Shown here: positions 19,191 through 28,419 of the stretch, piece by piece
Layout of the letters: each line of letters starts with the position of its first letter
Position numbering within the stretch: position 1 is the first letter of the stretch
Source: Candidatus Omnitrophota bacterium
GTDB taxonomy: Bacteria > Omnitrophota > Gorgyraeia > Zapsychrales > Zapsychraceae
Assembly: GCA_035292445.1 (NCBI GenBank)
Contig: DATDQB010000020.1
Location: forward strand, 27,484-91,483
Length of the DNA stretch: 64,000 nucleotides
Reading direction: 5' to 3'
The notes under the pieces: model-generated
Seen by the model: only the letters and a program-made list of their open reading frames with translations
Told to the model about the DNA's origin: nothing
The model's database searches: none
Translations under genes and position numbers: made by a program

Positions 19191-21143
19191 CTATACAGTA
19201 ATCTTTTCCTTAGATTCTGGAGCGAGCTCTAATTTCTCGTCTTTTTGAATGGATTGTTTGGGTCGGGGCTTGATCTCTAGCTCTCGGCTGCCATAAATAG
19301 CACGGATTTTTGCATCTAAGACCTTCTGCACCTGAAGTGTAGAATTAATGCGTTTTTCAATGTGCTTGTATCCAATAATTTTGTGGAAAAGGTTACGCAA
19401 CTTGATCTTCCAATCCTTCAAACCAAGCGTCGGGTAGGCATCTTCTTTCTCCAAATTCTCGATATTCTCCAGAAGTGAAGTTAAGATGAGCGTCTCTTCG
19501 AAATTCCTTCCATAAGGCAGGAGTTCATCTAGAGGAATAATTTTTTCTTCTTTTTCTAAAGGAGAAAAGTCGCCTGTTTCGATGGCTTTAACCTTCATTT
19601 CTATTTCTTCGGTCACATCCTCCGGTTTAATTAACTTGAATTCCTTTAGGGCATTATCGTACTCTTTGCTCACAAAATAATATTCAAACAGAAGTTTGTG
19701 CTTATTGGGCAATTCTTCAACGTCAAACAGATTATCCAGCTTATATTCCTTGGCCTTTTTACAAAATTCCTCGAACCGCTCCATCCGTTTTAAATACGTG
19801 CTGTTGCCGTCCAGGCTTTCCCAATAAAGATGGCCTTTTGACAGATCGATCCCGTACTTTTCCGGATTGGCGTGGCCCGCCGAGCCCGGGTAATATTCAC
19901 AAAAGTTCAAAGAAGGATTGACCATGCTGAAAGCTTTTTTGTTATCCCTTAAGAAATCCATGAGGTATTTAAAATCGTCTTCCGTCTCCGTAGGCAGGCC
20001 GAACATGATATTGACGCTCACATAAAGGCCTGATTTCTTGCCTTCGCGGAGCACGGCGGCGATATCGACGTCCTTGCAAAGGTTCTTGCCCACATCCATC
20101 AACACTTTTAACGAGGGGGTTTCCATGCCGTAGCCCAAAAGCGTACAGCCGGCTTTTTTGAGCTTCTTGTAAAGAGGCATTCGCATTTCCTTGCGGATAA
20201 CGGCATTCTCAAGATTCCACTTCACCCTTTTGTTAAGCCCCGATTCGATCATCAGATCGCAAAATTTCTCCAGCTCGTTTATCTTTGAATTGGAAATGTT
20301 GTCGCACATGCGGAAATAACAGACGTTGGGGTATTGCTCTAATTGGTATTTGATTTCCGCGAAAACGCGTTCTGCCGTGCGCACGCGGAATTGGTTCATG
20401 AACCCGATGGCGCTGCAATAATTGCACTTATTCACGCATCCCCGCGTTGTGTACGTAGGCAAAGTATTGGGCTGATCGTAATATTTGAATTCAAAATCAC
20501 TGAAATCCGGAAAGGGCAGCGAATCCAGCTTTTTGATAAACTCGGCATGGGGCCCGCGGATCAACTTACCGTTATGTTTATAAACAAAACCGGGAACGGC
20601 TTGGCCCTCTTGGCCATTTTTGACCATCTGCATATAACCTAAAAGCGCATTCTCCCCTTCATCCTGGCTTATGGCATGGATATAATCCCGGGCCAGCAAT
20701 GTATCGGTATTTTCCATAAAGCTCGCGACGTCAGGTCCGCCTAACAGATGGATAAATTCTCCGGGCATCATATTGTGCATATCTTCAAAGAAGATCTCGG
20801 CTAATAACCGCGAGGAGCATTGGCAGGAACACCCTACAACGAGCGGATTTAATTCGCGAAGCCGTTGCATGTACTCAAGGAAAATGGCGCGATTCTCTTT
20901 ATAATAATGCTGCATCGCCTCGCGTTCCATGCAGTAATTATAACCATTGGCCATATCCCAATAGCGCCGGTACTTTTTCCCCCCAAAATTATAAGCATAC
21001 GCATTCAGGTCCAATACGGTACATGAAACGTCATTTTCCCGTAAAAAGCTTTTCAATAGTGCGGGCCCTAAAGGCGGGCATCCGACACCCCAGAACGGCA
21101 TCTGGATAATGACAAGATCGGTTTTATGTCCTTTTTTGATCAT
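19191..21143 (-). CDS. B12-binding domain / radical SAM protein (class B radical SAM, methyltransferase-like)
   Basis: 650 aa. It has an N-terminal cobalamin-binding-like segment and a canonical Cx3Cx2C cluster (TTRGCVNKCNYCS). A strong RBS (AGGGAGG) lies 7 nt upstream of the ATG. Confidence 0.8.
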   Translation of the reverse strand: MIKKGHKTDLVIIQMPFWGVGCPPLGPALLKSFLRENDVSCTVLDLNAYAYNFGGKKYRRYWDMANGYNYCMEREAMQHYYKENRAIFLEYMQRLRELNPLVVGCSCQCSSRLLAEIFFEDMHNMMPGEFIHLLGGPDVASFMENTDTLLARDYIHAISQDEGENALLGYMQMVKNGQEGQAVPGFVYKHNGKLIRGPHAEFIKKLDSLPFPDFSDFEFKYYDQPNTLPTYTTRGCVNKCNYCSAIGFMNQFRVRTAERVFAEIKYQLEQYPNVCYFRMCDNISNSKINELEKFCDLMIESGLNKRVKWNLENAVIRKEMRMPLYKKLKKAGCTLLGYGMETPSLKVLMDVGKNLCKDVDIAAVLREGKKSGLYVSVNIMFGLPTETEDDFKYLMDFLRDNKKAFSMVNPSLNFCEYYPGSAGHANPEKYGIDLSKGHLYWESLDGNSTYLKRMERFEEFCKKAKEYKLDNLFDVEELPNKHKLLFEYYFVSKEYDNALKEFKLIKPEDVTEEIEMKVKAIETGDFSPLEKEEKIIPLDELLPYGRNFEETLILTSLLENIENLEKEDAYPTLGLKDWKIKLRNLFHKIIGYKHIEKRINSTLQVQKVLDAKIRAIYGSRELEIKPRPKQSIQKDEKLELAPESKEKITV

Positions 21144-21270
21144 CAGAACCTCCCTAATTATTTATACTTATATATATTAACATACTGTTTAATTTGTGTC
21201 TTCAACTATTATCTGATTTCATCATTTTTATCAGAATCATAACTATTTGTAGCGAAATGATTTACATAAT
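21144..21270. promoter_or_regulatory. AT-rich intergenic region with RBS; probable internal promoter upstream of the B12-radical-SAM gene
   Basis: The 127-nt gap is strongly AT-rich. The minus-strand reading ends ...TATAAGTATAAATAATTAGGGAGGTTCTGATG, with a -10-like TATAAAT and an AGGGAGG Shine-Dalgarno. Confidence 0.35.
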
Positions 21271-21801
21271 TTATAAAGGCGATTGGATCAATTTCTTTTC
21301 TTCAAGGCCCTCCATAATAGCATCAACGATACCGCCGTGATCAACCCTTTCATCATCATTATTAACGACCAGATCCGGATGCAGCGGAGGTTCAAAGTTT
21401 ATATCGACACCGACCACATGCGTTATCTCACCTGCCAAAGCCTTTTTATATAATCCCTTCGGGTCCCGTTTCATGACGGTGTCCATGGACACATCGAGAT
21501 AAACCTCGAAATATTGGGACAAATTCTTCCTATTCCATTCTTGGGATTCGGGGAACAAAGACAAAAGCGCGAACACGACATCTATGCCCTGCTTTTCCAA
21601 ATACTGGCAGAAGCGGCAGATACGCTGGGCATTCTTCTTTCTTTCCTCAATAGTGTGGCCTAAATCATCGCCCATGATGTTCCTGAAAATATCCCCGTCA
21701 AAGAACACGACCGGACGACCCATGGCCGCCAACCTGTCCCTAAGCTTCCGGCCGATGGTCGTTTTTCCCGCGCCTGACAGACCTATGATCCATATAACCA
21801 T
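21271..21801 (-). CDS. Adenylylsulfate (APS) kinase-family protein; by context a Cj1415-like cytidine diphosphoramidate 3'-kinase
   Basis: 176 aa with the Walker A motif IIGLSGAGKTT and APS-kinase layout. The size and neighbourhood match C. jejuni Cj1415 rather than a sulfate-assimilation operon. Confidence 0.8.
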   Translation of the reverse strand: MVIWIIGLSGAGKTTIGRKLRDRLAAMGRPVVFFDGDIFRNIMGDDLGHTIEERKKNAQRICRFCQYLEKQGIDVVFALLSLFPESQEWNRKNLSQYFEVYLDVSMDTVMKRDPKGLYKKALAGEITHVVGVDINFEPPLHPDLVVNNDDERVDHGGIVDAIMEGLEEKKLIQSPL

Positions 21802-21813
21802 CTTGTTCCTTGC

Positions 21814-22593
21814 TTAATTGACAGAAACTACTTTCCCGTCAACAAATAACTCTTTAGCCAACTCATAATCATTTAAGCCGTCGATCTCAAGCCAGCCGCC
21901 GTTGATCTTGACACCGTAGATATCTTCCCCTTCGTTAATAATGCCCTGGAGCATATCGGTCATGAAAGCCTTTTCAAAGGGACGATCGCAGCCCCACGGT
22001 TTTCCTCCCGCTTGACTTATCTTTTCAGCGTTCAGGAACGATCTTTTGAAAGTATCGATCCCCCGCCCCTTGAATTTCATGAGCCCGATGTAACCCGCCT
22101 GCACGTCGGCAATGGCATGGGCGGGCTGGCCGATCACCTTGATCCTGTCTTTGTCGGCGAACCGCAACGCTTCCGCGTCCGCGAGCGGATCAGTGAACCG
22201 CCTTTTCCAATACCTCTCCCAGTTCATGTCGACCACAACGGAAATATCGTGAGGGGCTGCCATGAGCTTTCGCAGCACATCTTCGTTATAAATGATATCC
22301 CCGTAGGAGACGATCGACTCATCCTTCATTTCATGCTGGACGCACCATAAGGTCATGACCATATTGGTCGTGGCGTAACGCTCATTGACATAATACTTGA
22401 CGTCCTTGCGGGAGATCTTCTGCGCCATGTACCCTTTGACGGCAATGATGTCCCGGATGCCGCAGCGCTTCATCATATCGACCTGATGGTCGAAGATGCT
22501 CGTATCGCCGATCGGCACCAGGCATTTCGGTTTTTCGTCGGTGAATGGCCTTAGCCGCTTGCCCTCACCGGCTGCAAGAATGACAGCATTCAT
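21814..22593 (-). CDS. Nucleotidyltransferase (LicC/MobA-like NTP-transferase); by context a Cj1416-like CTP:phosphoglutamine cytidylyltransferase
   Basis: 259 aa. The N-terminal AVILAAGEGKRLRPFTDEKPKCLVPIG motif is the sugar-/phospho-ligand nucleotidyltransferase signature. Confidence 0.75.
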   Translation of the reverse strand: MNAVILAAGEGKRLRPFTDEKPKCLVPIGDTSIFDHQVDMMKRCGIRDIIAVKGYMAQKISRKDVKYYVNERYATTNMVMTLWCVQHEMKDESIVSYGDIIYNEDVLRKLMAAPHDISVVVDMNWERYWKRRFTDPLADAEALRFADKDRIKVIGQPAHAIADVQAGYIGLMKFKGRGIDTFKRSFLNAEKISQAGGKPWGCDRPFEKAFMTDMLQGIINEGEDIYGVKINGGWLEIDGLNDYELAKELFVDGKVVSVN

Positions 22594-22601
22594 CTTTAAC
22601 C

Positions 22602-23540
22602 TTATCCGTCCGTCGTTTTCTGGCTTAATAAAACGGTTATCCTCGCGAAACTGTTGACGAACCCGAATAACTTCTTCTTGGACAGGTTTTCAAAAAAATC
22701 ATCCACCTTCAAATTCAACGGATATCTCTTTGGAATTTCCGATACATAATAATGGGCGCCCACGGACCTTAATGGCAAAAATCCATTTCCCCGGCAAAGC
22801 GCTTTCAAACTCCGCTTGGTGTAGAGCTTCTTCTTCAACTTGTATTTCCAGACATCGTGGCCTTTAAGCATAGACTTTGAATTAAAGAATTTGCTGTTCT
22901 CGAACCTCGCAAAAATAACACCCAGCGTAGACTCGCAGAGAATGGACTTAAAAGACGGGAAAAGCTCGTATTTCTGCCCAAACAGCAAATAGGTCATGGA
23001 GCGGCAGAACCTGCGGAACGACGTGAAATCATTGAGCCCATAGGCCGAGCGCTGGGCAATAAGTAGATGCCCGCCCGGTTTAAGAACGCGCCAAGCCTCC
23101 TTAATCGTGGTTGTATCATCATAAAGATAATGAAGAACACCGGAGGCCACGATCAGATCAAATGTGTTGTCTTCATAGCTCCATCTCGTTTCAAGATTAC
23201 CCACCGTGAAATAATAGTTGCCGTCGAGATCATCCCTTCGGCAACGCTGGGTGGCGATATCACAGAATTTTTCCGAAATATCGATGCCATGGATCTCATG
23301 CCCGCGCTGGCCTATCCGCAACGCGGTCTGGCCTGCGCCGTAACCCAGCTCCATGACCTTAGCGCCCTTGGGAAGTTCAAGCTCATCGACATATTTCAAG
23401 ACTTTCTCTAACCGGCGATTGAGCGAACGGACCGTGTGGCTATCCCAGTCATCATACTGTTTATCCCACTTGACGATCTGTTGGCTGTTCCACCAGCCGC
23501 TCACGGCTTCGATCTGCTGTTCTTTGGTAATATTTTTCAT
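22602..23540 (-). CDS. Class I SAM-dependent methyltransferase (Cj1419/Cj1420-like candidate)
   Basis: 312 aa. Motif I is VMELGYGAGQTA and the post-II motif is VLKPGGHLLIAQ. Confidence 0.7.
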   Translation of the reverse strand: MKNITKEQQIEAVSGWWNSQQIVKWDKQYDDWDSHTVRSLNRRLEKVLKYVDELELPKGAKVMELGYGAGQTALRIGQRGHEIHGIDISEKFCDIATQRCRRDDLDGNYYFTVGNLETRWSYEDNTFDLIVASGVLHYLYDDTTTIKEAWRVLKPGGHLLIAQRSAYGLNDFTSFRRFCRSMTYLLFGQKYELFPSFKSILCESTLGVIFARFENSKFFNSKSMLKGHDVWKYKLKKKLYTKRSLKALCRGNGFLPLRSVGAHYYVSEIPKRYPLNLKVDDFFENLSKKKLFGFVNSFARITVLLSQKTTDG

Positions 23541-23562
23541 CGCGTCCCCAATATTGATCAGA

Positions 23563-25530
23563 TTAAACTAAGATTTCCACTTTTTGTGCATTTTGCGTAA
23601 TGTTTAAATAACTTTCTAAGATCTCAGGTACAAATACGTTCGGCAGTTTATAAGGAACGATATATTTCTCCCGTGGGCCATCCAAAAATTCCTCCACCAT
23701 TTTAACGCCTTCAGCATAATCATTCATAGCCCTCAAGCTCGAACCATAACCGTTCTTGGCATTCTCGCGCAAGATCTGGTATTGCGGCCTGTAGAGCGCT
23801 AAGACCGGTTTGTGTCCGTAGATGGCCTCAAAAAAGACCGTGCTGGGGATGTCGCACAGGACACGGTCGATATAAGGAAACCATTTGGTGACCTTATGCG
23901 AATCGAATTGGATATTTTCATAATTATTCTTGCGTATGATCTCCGCCATCAGATCAACGCTCTGTCCGGGTTGAATGAGCGCCTTCCAAATGAAGAAAAT
24001 ATCTTTTCTCTTCGAGAAGTATTCGGCCAAAGCCTTGTGCCACTGAACGAACTCCGCGGGAAAGGGCTGGTTCTTCTGCACGGACCTGCCGGGAGTCGCC
24101 CCGTAGATGATGGGGACAAAAAGGACCACGCGCCTGCCGCCGGCGGAAACAACGGGCCTGATCTTTTGGTCCTTCGGGAACATGCGGGTCAATTTCCGGA
24201 AAAGATAGGAAAATTCGTGAACTTGCGGATACGCATAATTGAATTCCTTTACAAGCGACTTCTCATGCTCCGCTTCGCTGGCCGACGGGCTGAAAAAGAT
24301 GTCATATTGCCTATTCACGTAAAAAAACCGGCTTTTACACTCATAGGCGTCTGAGCCGTGCGCGAAACCGATGCTTTTTGTCGATGGCGTCAGCCTGGCG
24401 GCCGCGATCGCCGCATGCTCATCGACCGTCCATATATTGGGCGTTGCCACGAAATCAATGTTATTTCTTACATAAAATTCTTTATAGTCCTTAATTCTCG
24501 CGAGCAACTCGGGACAGATATCAAAATAAAAATACTTAAACCGCGACTTAAGGATATGGGAAACATCGATCCCGCATAAATTATTAATCCATCGCATGAC
24601 ATCTCCCCGCAGGATCTTATGGAACAAATCCTCACATGCAACATAGCCCGCTGGATCATGAAGCCCGGTCTCTATACCCCTCGCCCCTAAGTGACTCAAC
24701 GAAAGTTTTTTGGCCGCCTTGCCGGTCTCGAAGTAAATATCAAAACCGTATTTGCGTGAATCCATGACAAAATCCATCGTGCCCATAAGATCGCCGAGAA
24801 CAAAGATCCGCCCTTTCGGTAAATTTGCTTGTTGCGATTTAATACATATCTTCAATCCCCTGTAATAATTCTTAAGTTTTGAGACGGGTAGGATCTTTTT
24901 CAACGAAGCTTTAAAAGTTCGAGGATGGATAGTCGCCTTCAAAGACCGTAAAAAAGAAGGTTTTCTAATTACCGGTACAGGCGCATTAAAAGCAAGACGT
25001 TCGTAGGCTATGCCCCTATCCTTGCAAAGCGGCTCTATTAACTGGGAGAACGGGCTTTCACCGACGGTAAAGGACTGGTCCAGCATTCTTCCGAAAGGAT
25101 GGCCTGAGGGATCGCTCTCTAATAACCGCTCCATCTCTTCGGGGGTGTACTTTGGCCCGTAGAAAAAGATCTTTCCCGGCTTTGCCGACTCGATGAACTT
25201 ACGCAAGATTCTTGTGCTAAGGATTACGTTGTCGGTGAGATATTTGATCGTAAAATAATAAATTGTTGCCAAATTGATCCCTAACTTCTGCGCCTCCGGA
25301 AAGGCCTCTTTAAGCTGTTTGTCAAAATCGTCATACCACGCCAATTGTGCCAAGAGGAATTCATCCGTATTACCCCTGACCTCATAGGAGGTATAAAAAT
25401 CTTCAAGCGGGACATACGAAATGCCACAACGTTCAAGGTCCAATTGCGCCCGCTCGTTTAAGGCTACGGCCCGGGTGTTGGCAGGAAAGGTATAACTCTC
25501 ATGCCATTGTTCAACTAAACAGTAGTCCAT
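23563..25530 (-). CDS. Large hypothetical protein with a GT-B-like C-terminal region (candidate transferase; paralog of 50910-52766)
   Basis: 655 aa. A C-terminal pattern (DIPSTVFFEAIYGHKPVLAL) is typical of GT-B sugar-nucleotide-binding domains. An N-terminal block (PGKIFFYGPKYT) is shared with the 618-aa ORF at 50910-52766. Confidence 0.4.
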   Translation of the reverse strand: MDYCLVEQWHESYTFPANTRAVALNERAQLDLERCGISYVPLEDFYTSYEVRGNTDEFLLAQLAWYDDFDKQLKEAFPEAQKLGINLATIYYFTIKYLTDNVILSTRILRKFIESAKPGKIFFYGPKYTPEEMERLLESDPSGHPFGRMLDQSFTVGESPFSQLIEPLCKDRGIAYERLAFNAPVPVIRKPSFLRSLKATIHPRTFKASLKKILPVSKLKNYYRGLKICIKSQQANLPKGRIFVLGDLMGTMDFVMDSRKYGFDIYFETGKAAKKLSLSHLGARGIETGLHDPAGYVACEDLFHKILRGDVMRWINNLCGIDVSHILKSRFKYFYFDICPELLARIKDYKEFYVRNNIDFVATPNIWTVDEHAAIAAARLTPSTKSIGFAHGSDAYECKSRFFYVNRQYDIFFSPSASEAEHEKSLVKEFNYAYPQVHEFSYLFRKLTRMFPKDQKIRPVVSAGGRRVVLFVPIIYGATPGRSVQKNQPFPAEFVQWHKALAEYFSKRKDIFFIWKALIQPGQSVDLMAEIIRKNNYENIQFDSHKVTKWFPYIDRVLCDIPSTVFFEAIYGHKPVLALYRPQYQILRENAKNGYGSSLRAMNDYAEGVKMVEEFLDGPREKYIVPYKLPNVFVPEILESYLNITQNAQKVEILV

Positions 25531-26588
25531 AAATTATCCTTGGCTCTTTCATAATCTTTCACCATAGATGTCATTGAGTTAAACGCTTCTTCTGAGGCCA
25601 GGGCCTTGACCTCGTCTAATTTTTCCTTCCGTTCATCCTCGGAAAAATCGCGCGGACACTTCTCCCGCTCCAACACCGTGGGAGTATAAGGCGTCGGCTC
25701 CGTTTCGAGAAAGGAACAAATTTGCGATAAAACTTCGTGTGTATTTGTCACGGTTTCATCAAAGGTGACCCTTAAAACCCTCTCACGTCCTTTCTGTGAA
25801 AGCGACTTTAAGGCTTTGTTATAGTGCTTTCTGATGCCTTCGATCATATAAATAACCCTGCCCATCTCGGACAAGCTATTGTACTTTGCCGCCCAATCCG
25901 CGGCATAATAAGGAACGACACTCCCGTTAACTTGGGTCAATACAACCTGGCAGATCTTGCTGTCATAGGTCTCGGAACCGTGCGTGATCCCTTTTTTGTC
26001 GGCACGGGCTGTTGACCTTACTTCCTCGCCATAATGGTGATTAAACCATGAGTAGACCATATCCACCGGATGACGATCGATGAATACTATCTTTAGGAAA
26101 GGAAAAGCCTCGAACCAGCTTTTCGCGTGCCACAAAGCGTCGGACAACGCCAAAACGAGCAGCGGCCGCTTTGTTTCAATATCATCGACGATAAGCCCGC
26201 CCCTTTCTGAAAGGAACCGGTCAAGGTATTTCAAAGGGTCATCCGTATTAAATATGCTGGTTTCATCGACAAAACGCATGTTCATTTCCCTGCCGATCAT
26301 GTTGTCGTATAACTTGAAATCAACTATATAGCGCAGCAAGAACACCAGCACCTCATCGGATAATTTGCCTAAATGATTAAGCGTTCCCAGATGCTCCAAC
26401 AAAATGCTCATCTTGAAATGTTCCGCCCGCTCAAGGCTGCCCACAATGGGCGCCAGCATGCTCTTTCCAGACGTGGGGGCGCCGGTCACGATGACCAAAT
26501 CCTTCAGGAACGTTTCTTTGACCAGTTTTAATTCTTTATTTGCGCTGCTCATATTATTTTTCCGTGAGTTCACTGATCTTCTTTTCAC
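25515..26588 (-). CDS. Sulfotransferase-fold protein (3'-phosphonucleotide-dependent group transferase)
   Basis: 357 aa. A 5'-PSB-like P-loop (IVTGAPTSGKSMLAP) and a 3'-PB-like motif (FIDRHPVDMVYSW, compare eukaryotic RNPKDVAVSYYHF) are both present. Confidence 0.65.
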   Translation of the reverse strand: MKRRSVNSRKNNMSSANKELKLVKETFLKDLVIVTGAPTSGKSMLAPIVGSLERAEHFKMSILLEHLGTLNHLGKLSDEVLVFLLRYIVDFKLYDNMIGREMNMRFVDETSIFNTDDPLKYLDRFLSERGGLIVDDIETKRPLLVLALSDALWHAKSWFEAFPFLKIVFIDRHPVDMVYSWFNHHYGEEVRSTARADKKGITHGSETYDSKICQVVLTQVNGSVVPYYAADWAAKYNSLSEMGRVIYMIEGIRKHYNKALKSLSQKGRERVLRVTFDETVTNTHEVLSQICSFLETEPTPYTPTVLEREKCPRDFSEDERKEKLDEVKALASEEAFNSMTSMVKDYERAKDNLWTTV

Positions 26589-26727
26589 ACCAATCCTTCA
26601 ACACGGTCAAATTCTTGATCGTTTGCTGGACGCTGTACCTGGAATCAGGCCTTTGCCTGGCTGTCTCTTCCCACGTGCGTCCGTCTTTGCTTCCTTTGAT
26701 CTTGGTCATGCACAACCTCTTTCTTGC

Positions 26728-27723
26728 CTAAACCTGGCCGACAACCTGACGACCTTCATAGATCGCTTCTTGCATTGAATAACGGCCATCATATTCTTTT
26801 GCCATCGACTGCAATAACGCAAACGCATCATGTGAGGCCATGCGCTGGATCTCCTCCAACTTCTTGTCCCTGGCCTGCGGATGTACTATCCTCGGGCAGT
26901 TTTCCTTTTTGCAAACACGGGCCGTCTGCCGTGTAGGAGATGTCCCTAAGAAATCAGCAATCTCTTTAATGACGGCGTCCGTATGCGCCGCCAGTCTTTC
27001 AAAAGAAATGATCTTTATCTGCTGTCGCTGTGACGGCGATAAAGCATCATATTTCTGATAATGGCTGTCTTCCAATTTCTTTATCATATGGATGATCCTG
27101 TCGATCTCGGACATATTAAGGTAATCCTGTTCCCAACCGGCGGCGTAATAAGGAAGCGTCTTCGCTCCCCATTCGATCGTCAACGTGGCATTTCGCGGGT
27201 TATCAAAATAGTCGCCGCCATAACCTTTGCCGTACCAGTTAAGCACCATGTCCACGGGGTGTCGCGTGATATGAATCATCCGCATTTGCGGAAAGGAGCT
27301 GAAATAAATATCGGCATGCCAGAGGGCATCATGCACCATGAGAAGATAGAGCCGCCCAGAGCTCTCCATCGCCATTAACGCCGCATCGCCTTCTTTGGCA
27401 AACAGTCTTTTGAGGTAATGGACCGGCCGCGATGATCTCCAAACGCTGCTTAGGTCCCCAAACCTTAAATTCATATTTCTGCCGATCGTCAAATCATAAA
27501 CCATCGCATCAACCGCATAGCGCATCAAACATTTGGCCGCATCATCGGGGATAGACCTTAGGACCTGCATCATGGGAACCTGTTCCATCAAATAATTGAT
27601 GGCGACATGTTCCACTCTGGCCATGCTTGAGACGATCGGCGCCAGCAATGTCTTGCCCGAGCGGGTCAATCCGGTGATCAACACGAGGTTTTTGATGAAA
27701 TTTTGCCGGGTTATTTTAGTCAT
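26728..27723 (-). CDS. Sulfotransferase-fold protein, paralog of 25515-26588
   Basis: 331 aa. It carries the same two motifs (LITGLTRSGKTLLAP and ITRHPVDMVLNWYGKGYG) and is clearly alignable to the neighbouring paralog. Confidence 0.65.
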   Translation of the reverse strand: MTKITRQNFIKNLVLITGLTRSGKTLLAPIVSSMARVEHVAINYLMEQVPMMQVLRSIPDDAAKCLMRYAVDAMVYDLTIGRNMNLRFGDLSSVWRSSRPVHYLKRLFAKEGDAALMAMESSGRLYLLMVHDALWHADIYFSSFPQMRMIHITRHPVDMVLNWYGKGYGGDYFDNPRNATLTIEWGAKTLPYYAAGWEQDYLNMSEIDRIIHMIKKLEDSHYQKYDALSPSQRQQIKIISFERLAAHTDAVIKEIADFLGTSPTRQTARVCKKENCPRIVHPQARDKKLEEIQRMASHDAFALLQSMAKEYDGRYSMQEAIYEGRQVVGQV

Positions 27724-27732
27724 GGGAGATCT

Positions 27733-28419
27733 TTATTTTTTTATGCTGTCCGCGATCCGAAGATCGCTGTTAAAAAATTTCTCGATCAAAAGGCGGTCAT
27801 GTTCACTCATGGGCTTTTGCCGTTCCGGATGCCATTCAATGCCTAAGATCGGATGGGTTTCATGGATGAACCCTTCAATAATGTCATCTTTGACGGCCCA
27901 AGCTAATAGCCCCGCCCCTAAATGGTTTTCTTTAACGGCACAACGATGATAGGAATTAACCTCGAGCTTATCCGAGCCGTAAAACTCTTTAAAATAGTCC
28001 ATCGTAATAGTGACCGTATGAGATTTTGTCACGTGCCCGTCAATTTCGCCTTCCAGCTTTCCGCCAAAATAACAATTTATCAATTGCATGCCACGGCACA
28101 CGCCTAAGACGGGCTTTTTGTTTGCAATAGCCCAGTCCAATAGTTTTGCTTCCGTTATATCCCGGGCCGATCCAGCCCATTTTCCGGACGAATTCTTTTT
28201 TAGTTCCACATTTTCACCATTGCCCAAAATCAACGCCTCGCAACCGAGCTCCTTCACGTAAGTTTCCACGTCCTTGAGCCGGCTTGGTATCAATAAAGGC
28301 ATGTAATCGCATGACTCCAGGTAAACGACCCAGTCGTGGCTGAGGGCATCGCGCAGTTCAACGTATTCCTTCGTCTCAACGGTCCTCATAGTGATGGCAA
28401 CTTTCTTGATCTTACGCAT
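27733..28419 (-). CDS. Class I glutamine amidotransferase-like / peptidase C26 hydrolase; by context a Cj1417-like gamma-glutamyl-CDP-amidate hydrolase
   Basis: 228 aa. It has the GATase1 nucleophile elbow LGVCRGMQLIN and a C-terminal IEWHPE (His/Glu) block. Confidence 0.75.
   Translation of the reverse strand: MRKIKKVAITMRTVETKEYVELRDALSHDWVVYLESCDYMPLLIPSRLKDVETYVKELGCEALILGNGENVELKKNSSGKWAGSARDITEAKLLDWAIANKKPVLGVCRGMQLINCYFGGKLEGEIDGHVTKSHTVTITMDYFKEFYGSDKLEVNSYHRCAVKENHLGAGLLAWAVKDDIIEGFIHETHPILGIEWHPERQKPMSEHDRLLIEKFFNSDLRIADSIKK

Noticed and set aside
21271-21801. Reading the APS-kinase homologue as part of sulfate assimilation (cysC)
   Set aside because: No ATP sulfurylase (sat/cysDN) or PAPS reductase is in the window. 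The gene is flanked by the nucleotidyltransferase, and the amidotransferase-fold and PEP-synthase-like genes lie a few genes upstream; all three are characteristic of the phosphoramidate pathway. Genuine sulfation by the two sulfotransferase-fold proteins is kept open as an alternative.
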